DNA from: Anaerolineae bacterium
GTDB taxonomy: Bacteria > Chloroflexota > Anaerolineae > Aggregatilineales > UBA2796
Reading direction: 5' to 3'
Assembly: GCA_019637615.1 (NCBI GenBank)
Contig: JAHBVJ010000003.1
Coordinates: 217,485 to 281,484 of the forward strand
DNA length: 64,000 nt
The notes beneath the pieces were generated by a model. The model saw nothing but the letters and a program-made list of their open reading frames with translations, was not told the DNA's origin and did not search any database. A program made the translations under genes and the position numbers. This document shows positions 1 to 9,434 of the stretch, piece by piece. How positions within the stretch are numbered: position 1 is the stretch's first letter; every line of letters starts with the position of its first letter.

Positions 1-2
1 TC

Positions 3-200
3 ACGGCGACGATTTACCTGACCAACCAGAATTACTACCCGATCACGCGCGGTCTGATCGTGTTCCAAGGCGTGTACGGCAATAACTGGCCTGTGCTGGC
101 GGCGGCGGTCGTGATCATGACGATCCCGATGGTGATCCTGTTCTTGTTCTTGCAACGCTACATCATCTCTGGTTTGACGCAAGGCGCGTCCACGGGCTGA
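3..200 (+). CDS. C-terminal fragment of a carbohydrate ABC transporter permease (MalG / BPD_transp_1-like); 5' end lies outside the window
   Basis: Frame 3 is open from the window edge to TGA 198-200: ...ITRGLIVFQGVYGNNWPVLAAAVVIMTIPMVILFLFLQRYIISGLTQGASTG*. This is the typical last TM helix and tail of sugar ABC membrane components. Confidence 0.7.
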   Translation, partial: TATIYLTNQNYYPITRGLIVFQGVYGNNWPVLAAAVVIMTIPMVILFLFLQRYIISGLTQGASTG

Positions 201-1082
201 TGAACGGTACGGGTGAAAACGGGCGGTGAGAATCGAGTTGATAGCGCCGCCCGACGTTGAAACATTAGGCTTAGCGCACGTAGTTCCGAAGGGGACTCAC
301 CCCTAGGGAGCCGGGTTCGCATTTCCTGCGTCGATGTGTTCAACACCGTCAGGCGTGAGAGATGGTGCGCAGTGGCGGCAAATGATCCCTGAAATGATCC
401 GTGCTTGAGGTGCGAATGGGATCATTGCCGATCTGAATTACATGTTTCGTCTGGTGTTCGGCTGGATGATTGCGGAGATTCCGCACGAGCGTGACGTTGA
501 CCTGACATTGGCTCGTATGTTATGAGATCGCAGACCCCTCCGTTATGCACCTATCGCTAGGGTGCTTGGGATAACTGGCGAGGGAGAGGTGGCAACCACT
601 GATGTAGGCTGTCCTCGTATTTCCATTGGTCTGGGGCGAGCCGCCAAGCTCACGTCGAGACTTAGAACGAGTAGCTTGTGTATTCTAGCATAGATCGGCG
701 GAGAGTCAAGAGGGGACGCATAAAAAGAGTATAAATGTTCGGTTTGATTAGGGTTTGGAAGATAGTGGTAAGTGCTGAGTGCTTATAGATCACCGCAATA
801 GAGTAGACCTGATTCTCAAGCTCACGTGGACGCCTCATGCGGCGTCTGTACAAAAGCGGGACTAGGCATACTCTTTATCGGTCGTCAATAAGTGGCTTGC
901 GCGTGGCGGGAGGGCGGTGATGGAGAAGCGTGGGCGGGATTGCCTGAGAAGATGTAAACGGGGGCGTAGGGTGAACATTGCCCTAGACGGTTTTTATTGA
1001 ACGCAATGTAACACACCATGAGCAGGAAAATCCGCTAGACTATCCGCATCATTGTTCATGCGAAGGATAACCCCAAGGAATT

Positions 1083-1892
1083 ATGGATACTGCATCTGTA
1101 TTTGAATCGATTCGTCCACGCTATCCTGAATTCAAGGATCAGGTTGCCATCGTCACGGGATCAAGCCGTGGCATCGGCAAGGGAATCGCGCTGCGGTTGG
1201 CTCGCGAAGGAATGAAAGTCGTGATTCACGGCATCAACCGCGAAGAAACCGACCGCACCACGCAAGAATTAGCGGCGCTCGGCGTCAAGGCCATCGGCGC
1301 GACTATCGATTTTAGTCTTGATGACGCGGTTGATCAGTTGTTTCAGGCCACGCTGGACGCGTTCGGCACGGTCGATCTGCTGGTGAACAACGCCGCTGAT
1401 CTGCGCCGCACTCACATCGACAAAGCGGACGCCGCGCTGTTCGATACTCAGATGGCGGTCAATGTGCGCGTGCCGTATCTGGCGTCGCTGCGTGCCGCCG
1501 CGATCATGCGCCCCAAGCGCAGTGGCAACATCATCAGCATTAGTTCGGTGGGCGGCGCGCGGGCGCACTGGGCGGGGCTGCCGTATGATGTGACCAAGGG
1601 TGCCATCGACTCAATGACGCAAGCGATGAGCCTCGATCTGGCGTCGGAAGGGATTCGCGTCAATGCCATCGCGCCGGGGGCGATCCTGTCGGAACGCTCG
1701 CCCTACCCAGATGACGAAAAAATACAGGCGATTGCGCAGCGCATTCCGATGGTGCGCTTCGGCAAGCCGCTGGAAATCGGTGCGGTGGTGGCGTTTCTGG
1801 CGTCCGAGGATGCCAGTTATATCACAGGACAAGTTATCTATGTCGATGGGGCGCTGGCGGTACAACTGGGAACACGCTTGCAACCCGTCTAG
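1083..1892 (+). CDS. SDR-family short-chain dehydrogenase/reductase
   Basis: 269 aa; Rossmann motif TGSSRGIGKG, NNAA, catalytic Ser plus YDVTK (YxxxK); AAGGA shortly upstream of ATG. Confidence 0.9.
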   Translation: MDTASVFESIRPRYPEFKDQVAIVTGSSRGIGKGIALRLAREGMKVVIHGINREETDRTTQELAALGVKAIGATIDFSLDDAVDQLFQATLDAFGTVDLLVNNAADLRRTHIDKADAALFDTQMAVNVRVPYLASLRAAAIMRPKRSGNIISISSVGGARAHWAGLPYDVTKGAIDSMTQAMSLDLASEGIRVNAIAPGAILSERSPYPDDEKIQAIAQRIPMVRFGKPLEIGAVVAFLASEDASYITGQVIYVDGALAVQLGTRLQPV

Positions 1893-1946
1893 TTTACAAA
1901 AAATCGATCACTAGGTTCATCTGGCTTTCTTCGAGGTAAACACAAC

Positions 1947-3149
1947 ATGGCTCCTATTACGATTAAAGATATTCAAGTTATCCTAACGCAGCCGTGGCAT
2001 TCCCGCCTAATCGTGGTCAAGGTGATCACATCCGAGCCGGGGTTGTACGGATTGGGCTGCGCCACTTTTACGCAGCGCTGGCACGCCGTGGAAGCGGCTA
2101 TTGAAGGCCACCTCAAGCCGTTCTTGATCGGGCGCGATGTCAGCCGGATCGAGGATATCTGGCAGCTTGGCATGGTACACGGTTACTGGCGTAACGGCCC
2201 GGTGCTCGGCAACGCGCTGTCCGGCGTGGACATCGCACTGTGGGACATCAAAGGCAAGCTGGCTAATATGCCCGTGTATCAACTGCTCGGCGGCAAATGC
2301 CGTGAAGCTGCCAACGTCTACGTACATGCCGATGGGCGCGATCCGCAAGAAGTGATCGAAAATGCGCAGCGCTTCATGGAACAAGGCTACCGCTTTATCC
2401 GCGTGCAGATGGGCGGTTATGGCGGCAAGAACGCGGGTAAGACTCGCCCCGAAGGCGCGTTGGATGGCGCGTACTACGATCCACGCGCGTATATGCGCAA
2501 TATGCTTAAGATGATCGAAGCCGTGCGCGTCACGCTCGGTGACGAGATCGAGCTGCTGCACGACATCCACGAGCGCTTGATCCCCATTGATGCGGTGGGA
2601 TTTGCCAAAGCCGTCGAGCAATTCAAGCTGTATTTTCTGGAAGACGCCCTCGCGCCGGAAGACATCGCGTGGTTTGAACACATCCGGCAGCAGTGCAGCA
2701 CGCCGATCGCGATGGGCGAACTGTTCAACAATCCGCACGAATGGCGCTCGATGATCGAACGGCGGCTAATCGACTTCTTGCGGATGCATATCAGCCAGAT
2801 GGGCGGCTTGACGCCAGCCCGTAATGCCGCGATCCACGCTAATTTCTACGGCATCCGCACGGCATGGCACGGCCCCGGTGACGTGTCGCCAGTGGGGCAC
2901 GCAGCGAACCTGCACCTCGACTTGTGGGCACCGAACTTCGGCGTGCAAGAGTGGTGCCGCTTCCCCGAATTGGTGTACGAAATCTTCCCCGGTACGCCGG
3001 AAGTGCGCAACGGCTACATGTATCCGAATGACCGTCCGGGACTGGGGATCGACATCAACGAGAAACTCGCCGCCAAGTATCCATGCACCGACGAGATCGA
3101 ACAGTGGACGCAGACCCGTCTGCCCGATGGCAGCCCCGCGCGTCCGTAA
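1947..3149 (+). CDS. Enolase-superfamily dehydratase, D-mannonate/D-galactonate dehydratase (ManD)-like
   Basis: 400 aa; N-terminus MAPITIKDIQVILT...LIVVKVITSEPGLYGLGCATF and the metal-ligand region LLHDIHERL...FLED...MGE are typical of the ManD subgroup. GAGG lies upstream of the ATG. Confidence 0.85.
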   Translation: MAPITIKDIQVILTQPWHSRLIVVKVITSEPGLYGLGCATFTQRWHAVEAAIEGHLKPFLIGRDVSRIEDIWQLGMVHGYWRNGPVLGNALSGVDIALWDIKGKLANMPVYQLLGGKCREAANVYVHADGRDPQEVIENAQRFMEQGYRFIRVQMGGYGGKNAGKTRPEGALDGAYYDPRAYMRNMLKMIEAVRVTLGDEIELLHDIHERLIPIDAVGFAKAVEQFKLYFLEDALAPEDIAWFEHIRQQCSTPIAMGELFNNPHEWRSMIERRLIDFLRMHISQMGGLTPARNAAIHANFYGIRTAWHGPGDVSPVGHAANLHLDLWAPNFGVQEWCRFPELVYEIFPGTPEVRNGYMYPNDRPGLGIDINEKLAAKYPCTDEIEQWTQTRLPDGSPARP

Positions 3150-3252
3150 GCTGACTTGCCACGAGAATCCATTGGGGTGGCGTATGTGCCGCCCCGAATC
3201 TACCTATGTAATCGCACTTCTGTTCATCCATTCATCAGAAAGACCTAGCTAT

Positions 3253-4689
3253 ATGCGTAATCCGTCAAGAATGCCGCTTGTCTTGCTCGTGCTGTGCCTG
3301 CTCACGGCTGGCTTGGGCATTATCCCGATCAAGGCGCAAACCACCGCCCGCGTGACGCTCACGCCATCGCAGACGACTTGGAAAACCGTCGCTTATCAGT
3401 TGGACGCCGATAACGGCATGGTGGCGGGATCGCGCGATCTCAGCAAGATCGTGGAGCACACGTTCAATACCTACGTGCTCGAAAATGACTATTTGAAGGT
3501 GACGCTGCTGCCTGAATATGGTGGGCGCATTCTCTCGATCATCTACAAGCCCACCGGACACGAAGAACTGTACCAGAATCCGCTCGGTCTGCCGTATGGC
3601 ATTGACGCGGGCAACTTCTATTACGATTGGCTGATGGTGTACGGCGGAATCTTCCCGACCTTTCCGGAGCCGGAACATGGCAAGGGTTGGTTAGTGCCGT
3701 GGGCGTTCGAGGTGGTCAACCAGACGCCCGACGAGATTACTGTATCGATGTCGCTGACGGATGACATCAACTTCGCGCGGAAACCGGGCAAATTCGATAC
3801 GGGCGTGACCGGACTCGAAGTTAGTTTTTACGTCACGTTGAAGGCGGATCGTGCTGCCGTAGATACCGCACTCGTGGTGCAAAACCCGACCAGCAAGAAA
3901 GTGCGCTATGAACTATGGGTATGCACGACTCTCGCGCCGGGATCGACGCCGGGGGACACGCGCACGACCGATGGAGCCGAGATCATCGCGCCTGTGCAGG
4001 TGATCAAGATGCCGCCGTGGTGGCCTGCCACGACCGCGCAGGAACAAAAAACGGATACCGCCGATGTGTACACCTTCGACAAGCTGCGGATGTTCAAAAA
4101 TTGGGCGGATATGGGGATCACCTACGCGTACCCCGATATGCAGGACAAGAATTTCTGGGGCGTGATCAACCACGATAATCAGGAGGGCATCATGCGCATC
4201 AGCAGCAATGACGTGACCTCCGGCATGAAGATGTGGACATGGGGCTACAACAGCATCGAGGTTGATCCGTTCAAGCAACCGGACGTGGAGAAGCGCCCTT
4301 ACATCGAGATGTGGGCGGGCGTGACCTCGGAATTCTTCAAGCGCACGTCACTCGCGCCCAATGCTGAGGTGCGGATCGAGGAGACGTACAGCCCGACGGT
4401 TGGCCTCACCAACGTGACGCAAGCCAGCCGCGATTTCCTCGCCAATTTCTTCGCGGATGATAACGGCACGATCAACCTGCAAGTGTTCAGCGTGCAACCG
4501 CAACGCGCCACCGTACGTGTGCAGATCACGGCTGATGCTGCGACTATCTACGAGCAACCGATTAGCTTCGATTCGGCTAAAGGCAGCGAGATTAGCGAAC
4601 GGATTCCGGATGGCGCGAAAACGCTCACCTATGCCCTGATCGGGGAAGATGGCAGCACTCTGCTGACGGGTGAGATCACCCTGAATTAG
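3253..4689 (+). CDS. Secreted protein of unknown function, possibly galactose-mutarotase-like fold
   Basis: Taken from ATG 3253 inside the 621-aa ORF. That start gives a signal peptide MRNPSRMPLVLLVLCLLTAGLGIIPIKAQ. YLKVTLLPEYGGRILSIIYKPTGHEELY resembles aldose-epimerase-fold openings. The function is not established. Confidence 0.6.
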   Translation: MRNPSRMPLVLLVLCLLTAGLGIIPIKAQTTARVTLTPSQTTWKTVAYQLDADNGMVAGSRDLSKIVEHTFNTYVLENDYLKVTLLPEYGGRILSIIYKPTGHEELYQNPLGLPYGIDAGNFYYDWLMVYGGIFPTFPEPEHGKGWLVPWAFEVVNQTPDEITVSMSLTDDINFARKPGKFDTGVTGLEVSFYVTLKADRAAVDTALVVQNPTSKKVRYELWVCTTLAPGSTPGDTRTTDGAEIIAPVQVIKMPPWWPATTAQEQKTDTADVYTFDKLRMFKNWADMGITYAYPDMQDKNFWGVINHDNQEGIMRISSNDVTSGMKMWTWGYNSIEVDPFKQPDVEKRPYIEMWAGVTSEFFKRTSLAPNAEVRIEETYSPTVGLTNVTQASRDFLANFFADDNGTINLQVFSVQPQRATVRVQITADAATIYEQPISFDSAKGSEISERIPDGAKTLTYALIGEDGSTLLTGEITLN

Positions 4690-4705
4690 CCCTGCGGCTG
4701 TATGC

Positions 4706-4736
4706 GGCGTCCGGTGTGCGATTGGCATTGGACGCC
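4706..4736 (+). terminator. Stem-loop after the secreted-protein gene (GGCGTCC-N17-GGACGCC), no U-tract
   Basis: 7-bp inverted repeat read directly, 17 nt after the stop at 4689. Confidence 0.3.
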
Positions 4737-4913
4737 GTCCTCAAGCATGAATCCGCTGAAGTGCGATATTCCTATACAAGTTTTGCGTATCTCTAACGAA
4801 GTTCTATTACAAGCACTGTAGACTATTGGAAGTTTGTGCGGAATGACATTGATTCCGCTTGCCATGACTACGCAAAGGCGATGGTTATCGCCACAAGGGA
4901 GGAAGATTACTGG

Positions 4914-5486
4914 ATGCACACCAAACCCGACGAGCAAAATCAATCCTCGTCTACCGGGATGACTAATGAAATACCAGTCAACCAGAATGGCTCTGCCTCG
5001 GAGAATCCAAAGGTTGAGAGTACAACTCCCTCACTGGAGGATCAAGTGAAAGAACTGCAAACCAAGGCAAAAGAGTATTTGGATGGTTGGCAGCGTGAAC
5101 GCGCTGAGTTCGCTAATTTCCGTCGCCGTGTTGACAAAGAGCGGGATGAAATTTCCCAGTCCGCAGCGGTGGACGTATTGGTGAAGCTGCTGCCGGTGCT
5201 GGACGACTTCGATCTAGCCATTGCCAACGTGCCAGCCGAAAAGGCGAACGAAGAAGTGATGAAAGGATTCCAGATGATCCACCGCAAGCTCGGTGGGCTG
5301 CTGGAAAACACTGGCATCAAGGTCATTAACCCGGTTGGTGAGCCGTTTGACCCTGCACAGCATGAAGCACTCGGACAAGACCCCGCTGGCGAAACCCCGG
5401 CTGGTCATGTCAGCGCCGTCTTACGGAAGGGCTATCTTTACGGGGCGAAGGTGCTGCGTGCTGCCCTTGTACGCGTGGCGGGCTAA
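4914..5486 (+). CDS. grpE: Nucleotide exchange factor GrpE
   Basis: ATG 4914 is preceded by AAGGGAGGAAG, whereas the ORF-track GTG 4836 has no SD. The C-terminal region LPVLDDFDLA...GFQMIHRKL...GEPFDPAQHEA is GrpE-like, and the gene sits directly upstream of dnaK. Confidence 0.9.
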   Translation: MHTKPDEQNQSSSTGMTNEIPVNQNGSASENPKVESTTPSLEDQVKELQTKAKEYLDGWQRERAEFANFRRRVDKERDEISQSAAVDVLVKLLPVLDDFDLAIANVPAEKANEEVMKGFQMIHRKLGGLLENTGIKVINPVGEPFDPAQHEALGQDPAGETPAGHVSAVLRKGYLYGAKVLRAALVRVAG

Positions 5487-5585
5487 CGGAACCGTGTTGA
5501 GTGCCAGCCCCGTTTTCATGATTGAGCATCAGCAGCGCACTCACACCTACGACACAACAATTCGACTGACTCAAGAGGAGCAGAT

Positions 5586-7481
5586 ATGGGAAAAGTAATT
5601 GGTATTGACCTCGGCACGACAAACTCCGTCATGGCAGTGATGGAAGGTGGTCAGCCGACTGTTATTGCAACCGCTGAAGGCAGCCGCTTGTTACCTTCGG
5701 TCGTGGCAGTGAACCCCAAGACGAACGAACGCACCGTCGGGCAAGCGGCGCGCCGTCAGGCTGTGATCAACCCGGAGAACACGATCTTCTCCATCAAGCG
5801 GTTTATGGGACGAAAATTCAGCGATCCTGAAGTGCAGCGTTCGCTCAAGATGGTGCCTTACAAGGTGTCCGCCGCGCCAAATGGCGATGTGCGCGTGCTG
5901 ATGGGTGGCAAGGAATACAGCCCCCCAGAAGTCAGCGCGATGATCCTTGGCAAGTTGAAGGCCGACGCCGAAGCCTATCTGGGCGATACGGTCGATCAGG
6001 CCGTGATCACGGTGCCTGCGTATTTCAATGACAGCCAGCGTAACGCCACCAAGGACGCGGGTAAGATCGCTGGCTTGGAAGTACAGCGTATTATCAACGA
6101 GCCGACGGCCTCCGCGCTGGCCTATGGCCTCGATAAGAAGAGTGACGAGACAATCGCGGTCTACGACCTCGGTGGTGGTACCTTCGACATCTCGATCCTC
6201 GATGTGGGTGACGGCGTGTTCGAAGTGAAGTCCACCAACGGCGATACGCACCTCGGTGGTGATGACTTCGACGAGCGTATCATCTCGTGGATCGCGGACG
6301 AATTCAAGAAGGAACAGGGCATCGACCTGCGTGGCGACCGTCAGGCGCTGCAACGTCTGAAGGAAGCTGCGGAAAACGCCAAGAAGGAGCTTTCCAACGC
6401 ATTACAGGTCGAAATTAACCTGCCGTTCATTACGGCGGATGCCAGCGGCCCCAAGCACTTGATGATGAACCTGAGCCGCGCCAAGCTCGAAGCGCTGACG
6501 GCGGACTTAATCGATCACTCGATCCAGCCTGTGAAGAAGGCGCTCGATGACGCGGGTTATAAGACCAGCGACATTGACGAAGTGGTCTTGGTCGGTGGTA
6601 TGACCCGTATGCCTGCCGTGCAGGAAGCGGTCAAGAAGCTGTTCGGCAAAGACCCCAACAAGACGGTCAACCCTGATGAAGTGGTCGCTGTTGGTGCAGC
6701 CATCCAAGCGGGTGTGTTGCAGGGTGAGGTCAAGGACGTGCTGCTGCTCGACGTGACGCCGCTGACCCTCAGCATCGAGACGCTGGGTGGCATCGCGACC
6801 CCGTTGATCGAGCGTAACACCACTATCCCTGTCAAGAAGGGGCAGGTGTTCAGCACGGCAGCGGATGGGCAGACACAGGTCGAAATCCACGTCGTGCAGG
6901 GCGAGCGTAAGATGGCGGGCGACAACAAGACGCTCGGTCGGTTCATCCTAGACGGTATCCCACCCGCGCCGCGCGGTGTGCCGCAGATCGAAGTGACATT
7001 TGACATCGATGCCAACGGTATCATCAATGTGAGCGCGTCGGATAAGGCGACCAACAAATCGCAGCACATCACCATCACGGCTTCCAGCGGTCTGAGCGAA
7101 GATGAAGTCGATAAGATGGTCAAGGATGCCGAGCGGTATAAGGCCGCCGACGAAAAGCGTAAGGGCGAGATCGAAGTCAAGAACACCGCCGAAAACACCA
7201 TTTACACCGCCGAAAAGTCGATCCGTGACTACGGCGACAAGATGGACGCCAACCTGAAGGCCAGCATCGAGAAGCAAATCGAAGCGGTCAAGAAGGTCAA
7301 GGACGGCGGCGAGATCGAGAAGATCAAGGCGGCGGTGGAAGAATTGCAGCGCAGCATCCAGCGCATCGGTGAAGGCATGTACGGTGGCGCACAGGGCGCG
7401 CCGGGTGCCGATGGATCGGGTACGGCTGGTGGCAGCGCCGATGGCAAGGAAGATGTGATCGAAGGCGAAGTGGTGGACTAG
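5586..7481 (+). CDS. dnaK: Molecular chaperone DnaK (Hsp70)
   Basis: 631 aa; [27 protein letters not shown] signatures; AGAGGAG SD. Confidence 0.98.
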   Translation: MGKVIGIDLGTTNSVMAVMEGGQPTVIATAEGSRLLPSVVAVNPKTNERTVGQAARRQAVINPENTIFSIKRFMGRKFSDPEVQRSLKMVPYKVSAAPNGDVRVLMGGKEYSPPEVSAMILGKLKADAEAYLGDTVDQAVITVPAYFNDSQRNATKDAGKIAGLEVQRIINEPTASALAYGLDKKSDETIAVYDLGGGTFDISILDVGDGVFEVKSTNGDTHLGGDDFDERIISWIADEFKKEQGIDLRGDRQALQRLKEAAENAKKELSNALQVEINLPFITADASGPKHLMMNLSRAKLEALTADLIDHSIQPVKKALDDAGYKTSDIDEVVLVGGMTRMPAVQEAVKKLFGKDPNKTVNPDEVVAVGAAIQAGVLQGEVKDVLLLDVTPLTLSIETLGGIATPLIERNTTIPVKKGQVFSTAADGQTQVEIHVVQGERKMAGDNKTLGRFILDGIPPAPRGVPQIEVTFDIDANGIINVSASDKATNKSQHITITASSGLSEDEVDKMVKDAERYKAADEKRKGEIEVKNTAENTIYTAEKSIRDYGDKMDANLKASIEKQIEAVKKVKDGGEIEKIKAAVEELQRSIQRIGEGMYGGAQGAPGADGSGTAGGSADGKEDVIEGEVVD

Positions 7482-7506
7482 CCCCTAGCCTGATAACGAC
7501 GTAATT

Positions 7507-7546
7507 CATAGAGACGTGATGCACTGCAACGCATCGCGTCTCTATG
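7507..7546 (+). promoter_or_regulatory. Intercistronic dnaK-dnaJ stem-loop (16-bp stem including one G-U, 8-nt loop)
   Basis: CATAGAGACGTGATGC-actgcaac-GCATCGCGTCTCTATG, paired base by base. It lies 26 nt after the dnaK stop and has no U-tract. Confidence 0.55.
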
Positions 7547-7619
7547 CGTATCTGCTAAAGACGGTTTGAAAACCTAGCCTGAATGTTACAATCAGCGAGT
7601 ATGTGTTAACGGTAAAGCC

Positions 7620-8792
7620 ATGACGGATAAAACCATGCCTCGTGACTACTATGAAGTGCTTGGCGTCTCCCGCGAGGCCAGCGACGACGAAATCAAGAAA
7701 GCATATCGCAAGCTGGCTCGGCAGTATCACCCAGATGTCAATAAAGAAGATGACGCGACTCACAAGTTCCGCGAGGCGACCGAAGCCTACGAGGTGCTCC
7801 GTGATCCTGATAAGCGCGCACGGTATGACCGCTTCGGTCACAGCGGCGTGAATGGGCAAGCTGGCGGCTTCGGTGGGTTCAGCAGCGGCGGCTTCACCGA
7901 CCTGAACGAAATATTCGAAGAATTCTTCAACATGGGCGGTCAGAGTCGGGGCGGACGCCAATCGCGACGCTCACCACGGGCGGGGCGCGACATCCGCTAC
8001 GATATGACGCTCACCTTCGAAGAGTCGATCTTCGGCGTCGAAAAAGAGATCGAAGTAACACGGCTGGAACGCTGTGCGACGTGTCAGGGTTCCGGCGCGG
8101 AACCGGGCACCGAGCCACGAACTTGCGTGGAATGCCAAGGCTCCGGCGAAGTCCGGCGCGTGCGGCAAATTTTCCTCGGCAACATGGTCGAGGTTGCGCC
8201 ATGCCCACGCTGCAACGGCACCGGCAAGATCATCGATACGCCGTGCCACACCTGCAAAGGACAAACCGTAGTCCGTAAAACTGCCAAGCTCAAGGTCAAA
8301 GTCCCCGGCGGCATCGATGATTCGTCGCGGCTGCGCGTGGCGGGCGAAGGCGAACCGGGCGAGAACGGCGGCCCCAACGGTAACGTGGTGATTTTCTTCC
8401 ACGTTCAGCCGCACGAATTCTTCCGCCGTCGTGAAAATGACATCATCCTCGACCTGCACATCAATGTGGCGCAAGCCGCACTCGGCGCGACGATCAACGT
8501 CCCGACCGTGGATGGCAATGTCACACTGGATATTCCGACAGGTACCCAGTCCGGCAAGGTCTTTACACTGCGCGGCAAAGGTGCGCCCAACGTCCGCCCT
8601 GATGGTACGTCTCTGTCACGCGGCGATCAACTGGTGGTGGTGCAGGTTGCGATTCCGACTAAGCTCAATGCTGAACAGCGGCGCTTGTTAGAGGAATTGG
8701 GACGCACGCTTGGCACAGAGGCCGAACCACAGCGCGTGGGGAAGGGCTTCTTTGACCGCGTGATGGACTTCTTCAGCGGCGAACAGAAGTAA
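7620..8792 (+). CDS. dnaJ: Co-chaperone DnaJ (Hsp40, type I)
   Basis: J-domain DYYEVLGV...YHPDVN, G/F-rich linker, four CxxCxGxG zinc-finger repeats. The start could also be ATG 7635. Confidence 0.95.
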   Translation: MTDKTMPRDYYEVLGVSREASDDEIKKAYRKLARQYHPDVNKEDDATHKFREATEAYEVLRDPDKRARYDRFGHSGVNGQAGGFGGFSSGGFTDLNEIFEEFFNMGGQSRGGRQSRRSPRAGRDIRYDMTLTFEESIFGVEKEIEVTRLERCATCQGSGAEPGTEPRTCVECQGSGEVRRVRQIFLGNMVEVAPCPRCNGTGKIIDTPCHTCKGQTVVRKTAKLKVKVPGGIDDSSRLRVAGEGEPGENGGPNGNVVIFFHVQPHEFFRRRENDIILDLHINVAQAALGATINVPTVDGNVTLDIPTGTQSGKVFTLRGKGAPNVRPDGTSLSRGDQLVVVQVAIPTKLNAEQRRLLEELGRTLGTEAEPQRVGKGFFDRVMDFFSGEQK

Positions 8793-8817
8793 GCACGACG
8801 ACATTCAGTGAACACAA

Positions 8818-8850
8818 CAGGGCGGATTGCTGACAATCTGCCCTGTTTTT
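8818..8850 (+). terminator. Rho-independent terminator after dnaJ, possibly bidirectional with the convergent LysM gene
   Basis: 12-bp stem CAGGGCGGATTG/CAATCTGCCCTG (one G-U), 4-nt loop, followed by TTTTTGTTTG. Confidence 0.85.
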
Positions 8851-8867
8851 GTTTGTACTGGAGTCGT

Positions 8868-9287
8868 TTACGACGAGTAGGTCGGGATCAGCAACACCTG
8901 ACCGACATAAATCCGATTAGGGTTGGTGATGTGGTTGATGCGCATCAGTACGTCCACCGAGACGAGTGTGCGGCGCGAGATGCTGTACAGGGTATCTCCC
9001 CGCTGCACCGTGTAGGTGGTCATGGGCGTGTCGCTGTAGTCCAAGCGGATGCACAGCTTTTGTCCCGCCCAAATGCGAGTTTCTGCGGCCATGCCATTGA
9101 TGCTTTGCAGATCGGCTACCGTGGTGCCAAACATCCGCGCGATGCCGTAGAGCGTGTTGCCGCGCTGCACGGTATATTGCAACGAACACGTGGCAGCATT
9201 GGCGCGCTGTGCGGGCGCTGCCACGACCATGAGCGCCGTGATCACGACGATTGCCAGCGATAGTAAGATCAGACGTTTGAGGTTCAT
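8868..9287 (-). CDS. Secreted protein with two LysM peptidoglycan-binding domains
   Basis: Start moved to ATG 9287 (GAGAGGAA SD), giving signal/TM MNLKRLILLSLAIVVITALMVVAAPAQ. Two LysM repeats are present: YTVQRGNTLYGIA... and YTVQRGDTLYSIS... Confidence 0.85.
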   Translation of the reverse strand: MNLKRLILLSLAIVVITALMVVAAPAQRANAATCSLQYTVQRGNTLYGIARMFGTTVADLQSINGMAAETRIWAGQKLCIRLDYSDTPMTTYTVQRGDTLYSISRRTLVSVDVLMRINHITNPNRIYVGQVLLIPTYSS

Positions 9288-9306
9288 GAGGATTGTTCCT
9301 CTCCAT

Positions 9307-9334
9307 AGGTGTTCAATAACGTTATTGAACACCT
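9307..9334. promoter_or_regulatory. Perfect 28-bp palindrome upstream of the LysM gene
   Basis: AGGTGTTCAATAACGTTATTGAACACCT equals its own reverse complement. It lies 20-47 nt upstream of the LysM ATG and about 100 nt downstream of the dinG-like stop. Confidence 0.6.
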
Positions 9335-9434
9335 AAACCCACCCCCACACATCCCATGTTATGAGGGACTGGCGTCCTTCTTTGGGAGGAACTAGCTAAA
9401 CGTCAAAACGCACACTTTGCTCCGCTTGCGGCGC

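Noticed and set aside
280-335. tRNA-like GGTTCG motif and a GGGG-actca-CCCC hairpin
   Set aside because: No acceptor, D or anticodon arms could be built around it, and the T-arm does not pair.
2824-3252. N-terminal 143 codons of the 621-aa ORF, overlapping the end of the ManD-like gene
   Set aside because: Arg/Ser/Thr/Cys-rich out-of-frame read-through of a GC-rich gene. The internal ATG 3253 gives a clean signal peptide.
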